64,000 bases of DNA from Planctomycetota bacterium (GCA_046290465.1 JBKAGP010000001.1:6400001-6464000); one strand, 5' to 3'. Positions 55,028-63,941 are shown, counted from the stretch's first letter. The notes: a model not told the origin generated them from the sequence alone. A program made the numbers and translations.

Positions 55028-56248
55028 CTAGCGCTTGCCGGTCGTGACCGGCTTCGACGGGTCGGGCAGGCTCTCGGCCCACGACGACCAGCGGCGCGGG
55101 TCGACGCCCGGGTCGCGGCCGCTCAGCAGCTTGAGCGCATCGCGGTAGGCGTAGACGATGCGGCGGATCTCGGTGACGCCGACGACGGTCGCGTCGAGCA
55201 CGGCGCCGCTCTGCAGCACGTCGACCTTCGGGTCGGCGATGAACGACGCCTGCGCGACCTCGACGTCGAAGTCGCGGATGTAGGCCTGCTGCTTGAGGAA
55301 GGCGATGTGGCCGCGGCTGGCGCCGGTGTCGTTGGCGGCGCGGCGCAGGCCGGTGGCGGCGTGCGGGCCGGCCTTGACCAGCAGATCGATCGCCGCCGCG
55401 TGGCCGAGCTGGCCCATCGCCTCGGCGGTGCGCACGCGCACCTTGGCGTTGGAGTGGCCGAGGCCGCCGGCCATGTAGGTGACGGCGTCGGCGGTGATCG
55501 CCGGCTTGCCGATCTCGGCGGCGGCAGCGCGCACCTTCTTGTTGCGGTCGAGCACCGTCGTGCGCAGCACGAACAGGTCGTTGCCGTTGGTCTTGCGGCG
55601 CTGCAGCGCCGACAGCGCCGCGATCCGCTGGCGGAAGTTGCCGTTGCGGCGCGCGTGCGTGCGCAGCAGCTGGTCGGCGTTGGGTTCGCGCACCATCAGC
55701 TCCTCGATCGCGGCGAGCTTGCCGGGCTTGGTGGCGGCGTGGCACATGTTCAGCATCGACTTGATGCGCTTCGAAGCCGGCGCCTGGCGCACCGAGCGCG
55801 GCAGCAGTTCGGGTTCGAGCTGGGCCAGGAAGTCGCGCAGGCGGCGTTCGACCGCGGTCGGCTGGCAGGTCTTCTCGTTGGCGGGCAGCGCCGCGATCGC
55901 CTTGTCGAGATGCCGCCACATCTCCGGCTCGAGGCCGTAGTCGCGCGCGATCTGCGCGAGGTTGAGGTGGGCGAAGGCGCTGTCGCCGCTGGCCTTGGCC
56001 TTCTCCTTGAGGGCGGTCTGCAGGTCCCGCTGGTCGCGCAGGCGTTCGACGTCCTTCTCGGCGACGGTGACGGTGCCGTCGTGCGTCTCGACCTGCCAGG
56101 TCTCGCCGCGCAGCCGCGCCTCGCCGACCAGCACGCGTCCGTCCTTCAGCCGCAGCTCCTTGATCCCCTGGGCCGCGGTAGGGACCGCCAGCGCCAGTGC
56201 GGCGCCGAGCGTCAGCAGGCGAACGGAAACGGAAAGGCGTGGTGCCAT
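55028..56248 (-). CDS. exported HEAT-like protein with secretin-like hairpin insert (paralog)
   Basis: Signal peptide; LKDGRVLVG small beta domain; VRVRTAEAMGQLGH; RGHIAFLKQQAYIRDFDVEVAQASFIADPKVDVLQSGAVLDA. Confidence 0.78.
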   Translation of the reverse strand: MAPRLSVSVRLLTLGAALALAVPTAAQGIKELRLKDGRVLVGEARLRGETWQVETHDGTVTVAEKDVERLRDQRDLQTALKEKAKASGDSAFAHLNLAQIARDYGLEPEMWRHLDKAIAALPANEKTCQPTAVERRLRDFLAQLEPELLPRSVRQAPASKRIKSMLNMCHAATKPGKLAAIEELMVREPNADQLLRTHARRNGNFRQRIAALSALQRRKTNGNDLFVLRTTVLDRNKKVRAAAAEIGKPAITADAVTYMAGGLGHSNAKVRVRTAEAMGQLGHAAAIDLLVKAGPHAATGLRRAANDTGASRGHIAFLKQQAYIRDFDVEVAQASFIADPKVDVLQSGAVLDATVVGVTEIRRIVYAYRDALKLLSGRDPGVDPRRWSSWAESLPDPSKPVTTGKR

Positions 56249-56321
56249 GGGTCGAGCTCTCGTGGTCGCGGACGTTCGATGTGGGGGCGAGGGGCGGCTC
56301 CCGGTATGCTGGCGTTCGAGC

Positions 56322-57266
56322 ATGAACCGTACCACCGCGAGTGTCCTGTTGTGCCTCACGTCCCTGATCGGGACCGCGGCCGCGCAGCAGCCGGCGCCGT
56401 CGTCCGCCAAGAAGTCGCAAGACACTCCTGTGTCGCGACTTGTGGCGTCCATGGCGAAGGCCGAGCGGGTCCTGACGAGCCTCTCGATGACGATGAGGAC
56501 GAGCGGCAGGCTGCCGGGTGGACCGCCGGTGACCACGCGCGGCGAACTGCGTGTCCTGCGTGGGACACAGCCGAACGAACCGGTGCGGCGCTTCAGCCGC
56601 GTCGAGTATGCGTTCGGCGAAGGGCTGCGCGGACGGCTCGAGTCGGCCGAGACTGCCGAGGGCATCCTGCTGTTCGAGGAGGATCCGGCGTTCGGCGCGG
56701 TGTTCCTGCGCATCGAGCCGGCGATCGTCAAGGACCTGGAATGGGCCGGCACGGTGCTCGATCGCAGCGACCTGCCGGGCATGCTCGACGCGCGGGCGCG
56801 GGCGCCGCTCGGCAGTGGCTTGCTCGCGGACATGACCCGCACGTTCGACCTGAAGGTCGACGAGCGCACCCGGAACGGCGAGCACGAGGGCACCTGGGTC
56901 GTCGGCACCCGCAAGGCCGGCCTCGACGACCAGGACCCGGACCTGCCGCTCTTCGACGCCGTCGAGGTGTTCGTGCGCGGCAAGGATCAGGCGCTGCTGC
57001 TGGCGCGCTACAAGGTCGGCGACGAGGTCGTGCAGCAGATCGAGGTCGAACGGCTCGAGGTCGGCGTTCGGCTCGACGCCGACGCGTTCGTCGTCGACGG
57101 CCACGGCGTTCGCATCCGCAACGTGCAGGACTACGCCCCGATGTGGGAGCAGATCGAACAGGCGGTCCAGCGCGCCGAGGAGAAGGGCGCCGAACAGGGC
57201 ATCCTGCGCCCGAGCCGCCGCGACCAGCCCAAGAAGAACGACCAGAAACCAGGCGACGGCAAGTAA
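56322..57266 (+). CDS. exported LolA-fold-like protein (tentative)
   Basis: Signal peptide; beta-rich, ending QIEVERLEVGVRLDADAF, like the LolA-family C-terminus. Confidence 0.5.
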   Translation: MNRTTASVLLCLTSLIGTAAAQQPAPSSAKKSQDTPVSRLVASMAKAERVLTSLSMTMRTSGRLPGGPPVTTRGELRVLRGTQPNEPVRRFSRVEYAFGEGLRGRLESAETAEGILLFEEDPAFGAVFLRIEPAIVKDLEWAGTVLDRSDLPGMLDARARAPLGSGLLADMTRTFDLKVDERTRNGEHEGTWVVGTRKAGLDDQDPDLPLFDAVEVFVRGKDQALLLARYKVGDEVVQQIEVERLEVGVRLDADAFVVDGHGVRIRNVQDYAPMWEQIEQAVQRAEEKGAEQGILRPSRRDQPKKNDQKPGDGK

Positions 57267-57269
57267 CCG

Positions 57270-57322
57270 CCGGTTCGCAAGTCTGGTTCCGTTCGCGAGT
57301 CTGGTTCCGTTCGCAAGTCTGG
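57270..57322. repeat. 18-bp tandem repeat (gttcgcragtctggttcc x~2.8), related to family B
   Basis: Read directly; between convergent genes. Confidence 0.8.
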
Positions 57323-57323
57323 G

Positions 57324-58913
57324 TCAGTCGCCGAGGTCTTCTTCGCTGGGTGGGGTCTCGAGGAGTTCGAGGCCCTGGTAGCGCGACCTGGCGTAGTCGA
57401 TCTCGAAGTCGGAGTTGAACAGGGCGACGAAGCGGTCGGCCTCGTCCTTGACGACCATCGGCAGGATTTCGAGCACCTCGTCGGTGACGTCCTTGACCCA
57501 GCGGGCGCGGGTCCAGCCCTTGCGGTCCAGCCGCAGCGATACGCCGTATTCGACCTCCAGACGGGTCTGGAACACCTCCAGCTGCAGCTCGCCGACCGCG
57601 CCGAGTACCGGCTCGCGCGCGCCGAAGCGCGGCCAGAAGATCTGCACGACGCCCTCTTCGCCCAGCTGCGTCAGGCCCTTGGTGAAGCCCTTGGCCATCG
57701 ACGGTTCGCGCGGTGCGACCTGCGCGAAGATCTCCGGCGCGAACCGCGGGAAGTTGCGCACCTCGAACGTGCGGCCGCTGCTGAGCGCGTCGCCGACACG
57801 GAACATGCCGGGGTTGATCAAGCCGATCACGTCGCCGGGGTAGGCCTCGTCGATGGAAACGCGCTCCTGACCGAAGAACCGGTGCGGGTGCGACAGCCGC
57901 ACCTCGCGGCCCATGCGCAGATGCTTGGCCGACATGCCGCGTTCGAAACGGCCCGACGTCACCCGCAGGAACGCGATGCGGTCGCGGTGCATCTTGTCCA
58001 TGTTGGCCGCGACCTTGTAGACGAAGCCCGAGAAGAAGTTCTCGTTCGGCTGGATCACGCCGTCGAGCGTCGGCAGCGGGCCCGGCTGCGGCGCCATGTC
58101 GATGAAGTGCTTGAGGATCGTCTCGACGCCGAAGTTGACCAGCGCCGAGCAGAAGAACATCGGCGAGATCCGCTGCTGCAAGAACGCCTCGAGCTCGAAC
58201 GGCTCGACGCACTCCTCGACCATCATCAGGTCCTCGACCAGCTGGTCGTGGGCGCGGTCCCCGAGCTCGTCACGCAGCTTCTGGTCGTCCGGGCCGGTGG
58301 TCTGCACGGCCGCGCGCGTGGCGTTGTGCGCGGTCTTCTCGAACAGCAGCACCTCCTTGTCGCGCAGCGAGTAGACGCCGCGGAAGCTGTCGCCCGAGCC
58401 GATCGGCCACGACGCGGGCGTGATCGTGATGCCGAGCGTCTTCTCGACCTCGTCCATCAGGTCGAGCGGCGCGCGTGCCGGCCGGTCCATCTTGTTGACG
58501 ACCGTCACGATCGGGATGCCGCGGTCCTTGCAGACCTTGAACAGCTTGATCGTCTGCGGCTCGACGCCCTTGGCGCCGTCGATCAGCATCAGCGCCGCGT
58601 CTGCGGCCACCAGCGTGCGGTAGGTGTCCTCGGAGAAGTCCTGGTGGCCCGGCGTGTCGAGCAGGTTGACGCAGAAGCCCTCGTACTCGAACTGCAGCGC
58701 CGACGACGAGATCGAGATGCCGCGCTTCTTCTCGATGTCCATCCAGTCCGACGTCGCGGCCTGGCCGCCGCGCCGCGCCTTGACGGAGCCTGCCTCGCGG
58801 ATCGCGCCGCCGTACAGCAGCAGCTTCTCGGTCAGCGTGGTCTTGCCGGCGTCCGGGTGCGAGATGATCGCGAACGTGCGGCGGCGCTGGATTTCGTGGT
58901 CGAGGTCGGGCAT
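57324..58913 (-). CDS. prfC: peptide chain release factor 3
   Basis: RRTFAIISHPDAGKTTLTEKLLL, DTPGHQDFSEDTYR, HRDRIAF, GAVGELQ. Confidence 0.97.
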   Translation of the reverse strand: MPDLDHEIQRRRTFAIISHPDAGKTTLTEKLLLYGGAIREAGSVKARRGGQAATSDWMDIEKKRGISISSSALQFEYEGFCVNLLDTPGHQDFSEDTYRTLVAADAALMLIDGAKGVEPQTIKLFKVCKDRGIPIVTVVNKMDRPARAPLDLMDEVEKTLGITITPASWPIGSGDSFRGVYSLRDKEVLLFEKTAHNATRAAVQTTGPDDQKLRDELGDRAHDQLVEDLMMVEECVEPFELEAFLQQRISPMFFCSALVNFGVETILKHFIDMAPQPGPLPTLDGVIQPNENFFSGFVYKVAANMDKMHRDRIAFLRVTSGRFERGMSAKHLRMGREVRLSHPHRFFGQERVSIDEAYPGDVIGLINPGMFRVGDALSSGRTFEVRNFPRFAPEIFAQVAPREPSMAKGFTKGLTQLGEEGVVQIFWPRFGAREPVLGAVGELQLEVFQTRLEVEYGVSLRLDRKGWTRARWVKDVTDEVLEILPMVVKDEADRFVALFNSDFEIDYARSRYQGLELLETPPSEEDLGD

Positions 58914-58985
58914 TCGGGGCGAAGATCGTAGCGATCCCGCCCCGCGCGTGCACCCGGGACGTTCGCCGAACCTCGCGAACGGCCG

Positions 58986-61022
58986 CTACCGGCCGCGGTG
59001 CCGCGCCGCGACCGGCCGGATGTGGCGGGTCCACACCGCGTAGCCGGCGGCGTTGAGGTGCAGCATGTCGTCCTGGAAGAAGCGCGGGTCGGGGCTGCCG
59101 TCGGCCCGCAGCAGGTCCTGGGTCGGGTCGACGAACTCGAGCAGCGGATCGGCCTCGCAGGTCGCGCGCACCAGGGCGTTGGCCGCGTCGACGAGCGCGC
59201 GGTGCTCGCTGCGCGACGGCGTCGGCGTGATCGCGAGGAAGCAGATCGGCACCTGCGGGTGCAGCCGACGGATCCGCTGCACCAGCAGTTCGAACAGCTC
59301 GTGCACCCGGTCGGCGCGCTTCGGCCGGTCGCCGGCGAGGTCGTTGGTGCCCGAGAACACGAACACCGCGCTCGGCGCCGGGTGCGGCGCGAGCAGCTGC
59401 TGGCACCAGTAGCAGGCGTCGAACAGCCGCGAGCCGCCGAAGCCCCGCTGCACCACCGGCACCGGCGCCAGGTCGTCGGCGAGCGTGTGCCACAGCCGGA
59501 TGCTGGAGCTGCCGACGAACACCGCCGCGCCGCTCGGCGCGGTCCGCGCGGCGTCGGTCCGCGCGAACGCGTCCATGTCCTTGCGCCAGCGCTGCGGGTT
59601 CTCGCCGGCCGGAACGTCGAGCGCCGGCAGCGGGGTGCGCCGCGAAAGCCAGCCGGCCTCGTCGTTGCCGCAGACGTGCAGCAGCCTCCGTTCGCAGGCG
59701 AGCACCATGCCGGCGATCGCGTTGGCGACGTGGGGCTCGCCGAGGTAGTGGTCGCCGCCGTTGTTGCGCTTGCCGCCGACGTAGCCGGCGGAGCCGTCGG
59801 GCTGGCACATCAGCGCGCCGTACCAGCGCCAGTTCTGCAGGTGGCGGCGGCACGCGTCGCGGTCGATCCGGCAGAGCGCCGCGGTGCCGAAGATCATGCC
59901 GATCGAACCGGTCGCATGGGCCTCGCGCATGCGGTTGCTGTGGGTCTCGAGGTAGCCCGCCATGCGTCGGTAGAGCGGCTCCCGCTCGCCGCGCAGCGCC
60001 AACGCCAGCGCCATCTGGCCGGTGCGCGCCGAGGCGTCCCAGTAGCCGGTCTGCAGCGTCCAGTAGCGCACGCCGCCGTTGTCGCCGGTCGACTTCTCGA
60101 TCTCCGCGAGCGAACGCTGCCACGCGGTCTCGTCGAGCCGGCACCCGGCGCGCTCGGCCAGCGCCCACAGCAGATGGGCGTGGGTGTTGACGATGTTCAG
60201 GCCCTTGCCGCCGTAGCCGACCTTGATGCCGTGGCCGTAGCGGCCCTCTCCGGTCTGGCGCGCGGCCAGGCAGTCGCACAGCAGCTGGATCGTCGGCAGC
60301 CATTGCTCGTCGCCGGTCGCGAGCACGTACTCGGCCAGGTAGATCCCCGACATCGTCAGGTGCCAGTTGGACAGGCCGGCCGGTTCGAGCAGGGTGTCGC
60401 CGATGGTGGCGCGGCGCGCGGGTCCGGCCAGGTACGCCGCGATCTCGGCCAGCGCTTCGCGGTGGGCGGGATCGCCTTGGCCGAGCAGCGCCAGGCCGCA
60501 CAGGGCGGTGGTGTAGCGCGACGCGTCCTCGCCGGTGCGCGCCTGCCACGAGCCGTTGTCGCGACGGGTGCGCAGCAGGTCCTGCACGACGCCGTCCGTG
60601 AACGCCGGCATGGTCCCGACCTGGACCTGCAGCTGCACGGTCTCTTCGCCGCGGCGCACCGTCAGCCGCAGCGGCTCGCCGTCCTCGTGCCTCAGGATCG
60701 CGTTGCCGAGGCTCTTCATCGGGCCGTCGAGCACGTTGATGTCGCGGCTGTGCGCGGGCGGTGCCGCGTCGTCGATCGCGACGATCACGTCGCCCTTCTG
60801 CAGGCCGGCGCGGTCGGCGGGCGCGCCCCGCTGCACTCCGAGCACCTCGATCGTCGTGCGGTCGGCCACGACCTCGCCGCTGCCACCGAGCGGTCCGAGC
60901 GGGAAGCGCGCGAAGTCGCCCTTCTTGGCGTCGCGGCGGGGTGGCTCGGGCTGTTGGGCGCGCGCCAGCGGTGCGGCGCAGGCGGCGGCGAGCAGCAGCA
61001 GGCTGAGGCTTGGCGGATGCAT
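58986..61022 (-). CDS. exported PDZ + DUF6288-like helical domain + SGNH/GDSL hydrolase fusion
   Basis: PADRAGLQKGDVIVAID; YLAEYVLATGD, GRYGH; VGSSSI, RGFGGS, GTNDL, DMLH. Confidence 0.78.
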   Translation of the reverse strand: MHPPSLSLLLLAAACAAPLARAQQPEPPRRDAKKGDFARFPLGPLGGSGEVVADRTTIEVLGVQRGAPADRAGLQKGDVIVAIDDAAPPAHSRDINVLDGPMKSLGNAILRHEDGEPLRLTVRRGEETVQLQVQVGTMPAFTDGVVQDLLRTRRDNGSWQARTGEDASRYTTALCGLALLGQGDPAHREALAEIAAYLAGPARRATIGDTLLEPAGLSNWHLTMSGIYLAEYVLATGDEQWLPTIQLLCDCLAARQTGEGRYGHGIKVGYGGKGLNIVNTHAHLLWALAERAGCRLDETAWQRSLAEIEKSTGDNGGVRYWTLQTGYWDASARTGQMALALALRGEREPLYRRMAGYLETHSNRMREAHATGSIGMIFGTAALCRIDRDACRRHLQNWRWYGALMCQPDGSAGYVGGKRNNGGDHYLGEPHVANAIAGMVLACERRLLHVCGNDEAGWLSRRTPLPALDVPAGENPQRWRKDMDAFARTDAARTAPSGAAVFVGSSSIRLWHTLADDLAPVPVVQRGFGGSRLFDACYWCQQLLAPHPAPSAVFVFSGTNDLAGDRPKRADRVHELFELLVQRIRRLHPQVPICFLAITPTPSRSEHRALVDAANALVRATCEADPLLEFVDPTQDLLRADGSPDPRFFQDDMLHLNAAGYAVWTRHIRPVAARHRGR

Positions 61023-61066
61023 GCGCGGACTCTAGCACGGCAGTCGGCCGCGGCGCGGCGGCCGAC

Positions 61067-61909
61067 TCAGCGCTCGTCGTCCTGGCGCGCGGCCTGCCGC
61101 CGCAGCCAGGCGCGCTGCTGCTCGGGGCCCCTGCCGGCCAGCCCCTCGAGCCAGGCACCGCGATCGTGGTGGTCGGGGCGGTGCTCGATGAGCCACGCCA
61201 GCATCACGTCGCGGTGGAAGCGCCAGACCTTCTCGTCGGCCCCTTCGGGCTTGGGGTGCGCGACGCGGCGCGCGAAGTGGTTCTCGACCGGCGCCATCGG
61301 CTTGGACGGTGACATCTCCGGCACCTCGGGGATCAGCTTCTGCAGCACGTTCGGGTCGCACCAGCTGAGCTTGACCTGCACGGTGCCCATGCGATCGAGC
61401 ACGATCGCCGAGTGCGGCAGGTCGCCGAACAGCGCGCGGCTCTGGTCGCCCTCGTCGTCGATCCATACGTCGACGTCGAGGTTCATCTCCTGCAGCGCCT
61501 TCTTGGCCAGCGCGGCGCGCTCGGCGAAATCCTTCGGCTGCCGAACGTCACGGAACGCCATCTGGCGGGCGTGCGGTTCGCGTTGGTAGACGATCACGAA
61601 GCGAACGTCGTTCGGGTGCTTCTCGTAGGCCTTGATGAGGTTCCGCAGACCTGCGGCGTTGCGACGGAACGGCGGTCAAGTGTAGGAGCCGGCGATCAGC
61701 ACGAGCTTGCGGCCGCGCTCGAGGTGCAGGCTGCGCGGCCGGCCGTCGAGATCCCACAGGCGCAGGTCCGGCGCCGCGGTGCCGACGCGCGGCTGGCTCT
61801 GCGCGTAGATCGTGCCGGAGTATTGGTCGATCCAGCGCTTGCCCATCTGGGCGGGGAGGCAGCTCGCGAGCAGTGCGGCCGTCGTTGCGAACGTGGCGAT
61901 CGGGTTCAT
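61067..61909 (-). CDS. exported deiodinase-like thioredoxin-fold selenoprotein (Sec at TGA 61678-61676)
   Basis: ORFs 61676..61930 and 61067..61597 are in one frame; readthrough gives IAGSYT-U-PPFR...VIVYQREPHA. Confidence 0.88.
61639..61675 (-). promoter_or_regulatory. bacterial SECIS element
   Basis: mRNA UGA-ccgccguuccgucgcaacg-CCGCAGGUCUGCGG-aac; core GCAGGUCUGC matches the E. coli fdhF SECIS apex. Confidence 0.8.
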
Positions 61910-61938
61910 GTCGGACGGACTCCGGGTCACGCCCGAGC

Positions 61939-62988
61939 TTACCGCAATTCCGGCGACGCCTCGCGCAGCACGCGGAAGCCGACGTCGTCGGCGCGCACGG
62001 TCGGCCGCAGGCGCATGCGCATCGCGTTGCGGCAGAAGATGCCGTCCAGCACGTACGAGCCGCCGCGCAGCACGCGGAACTCCGCCTCACCGGCGGGGGC
62101 ACGTTCGCCGGCGTAGGCGCCGCGAACGTAGGCGTCGGCGCACCACTCGAACGCGTTGGCGGTCATGTCGTGCAGGCCGAAGCCGTTGGCCTGGTAACGG
62201 CCGACCTCCCGCAGCCGGCCGCTCTCCTGGTTGGCGGCTTCGGTGTCGCAGGTGTCGCCGTAGGCGTAGACGCGCTGGCCCGGCCCGCGCGCGGCCTTCT
62301 CCCACTCGGTCTCGGTCGGCAGGCGGTGGCGCGTGCCCGCAGTCGCGGTCCGCCATCGGCAATCGGCCACGGCGCCGGCCCAGCTCACCGTGACGACCGG
62401 CAGGTCGGGCGCGTCGGTCGCGAACGGCTGGTCCGGGCCGTTGCGTTGGATGCGGCACTTGGCGCCGTCGAGGTCGAGCCAGGTCGGGTCGACCTCCGCT
62501 GTGTCGTTGAGGAAGCGCACGAACTGCGCGTTGCTGGTCTCGTACGTCGCCAGCCAGAAGCCGTCCGTCGCGGGCGTCGACAGCGGCCGTTCGTCCTCCT
62601 GGCCGACGCCGAGTGCGTCGCCGCGCACGGCCGGGCCCGGCGGGATCCAGCAGAAGCCGGGTTCTGCCGTGGGGGCGGCTGAGACCGTCACCTCGGTGAT
62701 GCCGGCCGGCTCGAAGCCGAGCTCGCGCCGCGGCAGCGGCACGGCGAACCGCGGCGGCTCGTCGTCGACCGACAGCGCGTAGCGGCCGGGCGGCAGCCGC
62801 AGCGAGAGTTCGCGGCCCGAACCGAGCGTGCGCGGCGCCGCGAAGCCGTCGCGCACGACCGAGTAGAGCTGCACCGCCCTGCCGGTCGGGTTGTGCACGA
62901 CGACGCGGCGTAGCTCGCGCGGCGGCAGGTCGGTCGCGCAGGCCGCCGCGAGCAGCGGCAGCAGCAGCAGGGGGCGGCGTCGGATCAT
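61939..62988 (-). CDS. FGE-sulfatase/SUMF1-domain lipoprotein
   Basis: LLAAAC lipobox; RLPTETEWEKAARG, NGFGLHDMTANAFEWC, RVLRGGS, GFRV. Confidence 0.88.
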   Translation of the reverse strand: MIRRRPLLLLPLLAAACATDLPPRELRRVVVHNPTGRAVQLYSVVRDGFAAPRTLGSGRELSLRLPPGRYALSVDDEPPRFAVPLPRRELGFEPAGITEVTVSAAPTAEPGFCWIPPGPAVRGDALGVGQEDERPLSTPATDGFWLATYETSNAQFVRFLNDTAEVDPTWLDLDGAKCRIQRNGPDQPFATDAPDLPVVTVSWAGAVADCRWRTATAGTRHRLPTETEWEKAARGPGQRVYAYGDTCDTEAANQESGRLREVGRYQANGFGLHDMTANAFEWCADAYVRGAYAGERAPAGEAEFRVLRGGSYVLDGIFCRNAMRMRLRPTVRADDVGFRVLREASPELR

Positions 62989-63017
62989 GACGGGCGGACG
63001 CAGCAGGTGCCCGGACC

Positions 63018-63899
63018 TTACATCTTGTCCGGATCCTGCCCGCGCAGCACCGAGTTGCCCTCGAAGGTCTCGCGCAGGTTGGCCGACGCCGGCTTCGCCA
63101 GCATCGTCTCGTTCAGTCGGCCGCTCTGGCCGAAGAACGTGATCGGGTTCTTCCAGACCAGCTGTTCGACCTGCTCGCGCGGCACGCCGGCCTGCTCGAG
63201 CTTGACGACCGTGCGCGGCACCATCAGCGGGTCGCTGATGCCCCAGTCGGCCGCGCTGTTGATGATGAACCGCTCGATGCCGTACTCGAGCACGATCGAG
63301 ACCATGCGCGTCGGGTCCATCTTGGTGTTCGGGTAGATCGAGAAGCCCGAGTAGCAGCCGAGGTCGCGGGTGATCTTGATCGTCTCCTCGTTGCCGTGGT
63401 CGAGCAGCACGCGCTCCCACGGGAAGTCCTGCTCCTTGACGATGGCGATGCAGCGCTCGAAGCCCTTCTTCTTGTCGCGATGCGGCGTGTGCACCAGCAC
63501 CGGCAGGTCGTGCTTCTTGGCGAGCTCGATCTGCGCCGACATGAACTTCTCCTCGGTCTTGGTCTGGTCGTCGAGACCGATCTCGCCGATGCCGACACAG
63601 GAGTCCTTCTCGCAGTAGCGCGGCAGGATGTCGAGCACGTCCTGGTTGACGCGGTCGTCGTTGGCCTCGCGCGGGTTGAGCCCCATCGTGCAGAAGTGGT
63701 GGATGCCGAACTGCTGCGCGCGGTGCCGTTCCCAGCCGATCAGCGTCTCGAAGTAGTCGATGAACGAACCGACCGACGTGCGGTTCTGGCCGAGCCAGAA
63801 CGCCGGCTCCAGCACGGCGCGCACGCCGGCGAAGCTCAGCTTCTCGTAGTCGTCGGTGATCCGACTGAACATGTGGATGTGCGGCTCGAAGATCAGCAT
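63018..63899 (-). CDS. TatD-family hydrolase of the EboB type
   Basis: PHIHM.SR.TDDY, EPAFWLGQ.RTSVGSF, GEIGLD, VHTPHRDK, NSAADWGISDPL. Confidence 0.85.
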   Translation of the reverse strand: MLIFEPHIHMFSRITDDYEKLSFAGVRAVLEPAFWLGQNRTSVGSFIDYFETLIGWERHRAQQFGIHHFCTMGLNPREANDDRVNQDVLDILPRYCEKDSCVGIGEIGLDDQTKTEEKFMSAQIELAKKHDLPVLVHTPHRDKKKGFERCIAIVKEQDFPWERVLLDHGNEETIKITRDLGCYSGFSIYPNTKMDPTRMVSIVLEYGIERFIINSAADWGISDPLMVPRTVVKLEQAGVPREQVEQLVWKNPITFFGQSGRLNETMLAKPASANLRETFEGNSVLRGQDPDKM

Positions 63900-63941
63900 C
63901 GCGGTCTGGGTTGGGCGGGCTCGGACGGGAGGGGTTTCGGA

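Noticed and set aside
57270..57322. CRISPR
   Set aside because: Head-to-tail 18-mers without spacers
951..61589. Many very long alternative-frame or antisense ORFs (e.g. 951..3962-, 4483..7521+, 26715..29264-, 33923..36799-, 58270..61158-)
   Set aside because: Arg/Ala/Pro-rich shadows of real genes in high-GC DNA; no motifs
61676..61678. Nonsense mutation or pseudogene
   Set aside because: The TGA sits at the catalytic Cys/Sec position and is followed by a SECIS-like hairpin
61939..62988. SenA/EgtB selenoneine or ergothioneine synthase, given the neighbouring selenoprotein
   Set aside because: Lipoprotein lacking the DinB-like domain and its HxxxHxE iron motif; no senB or selD adjacent
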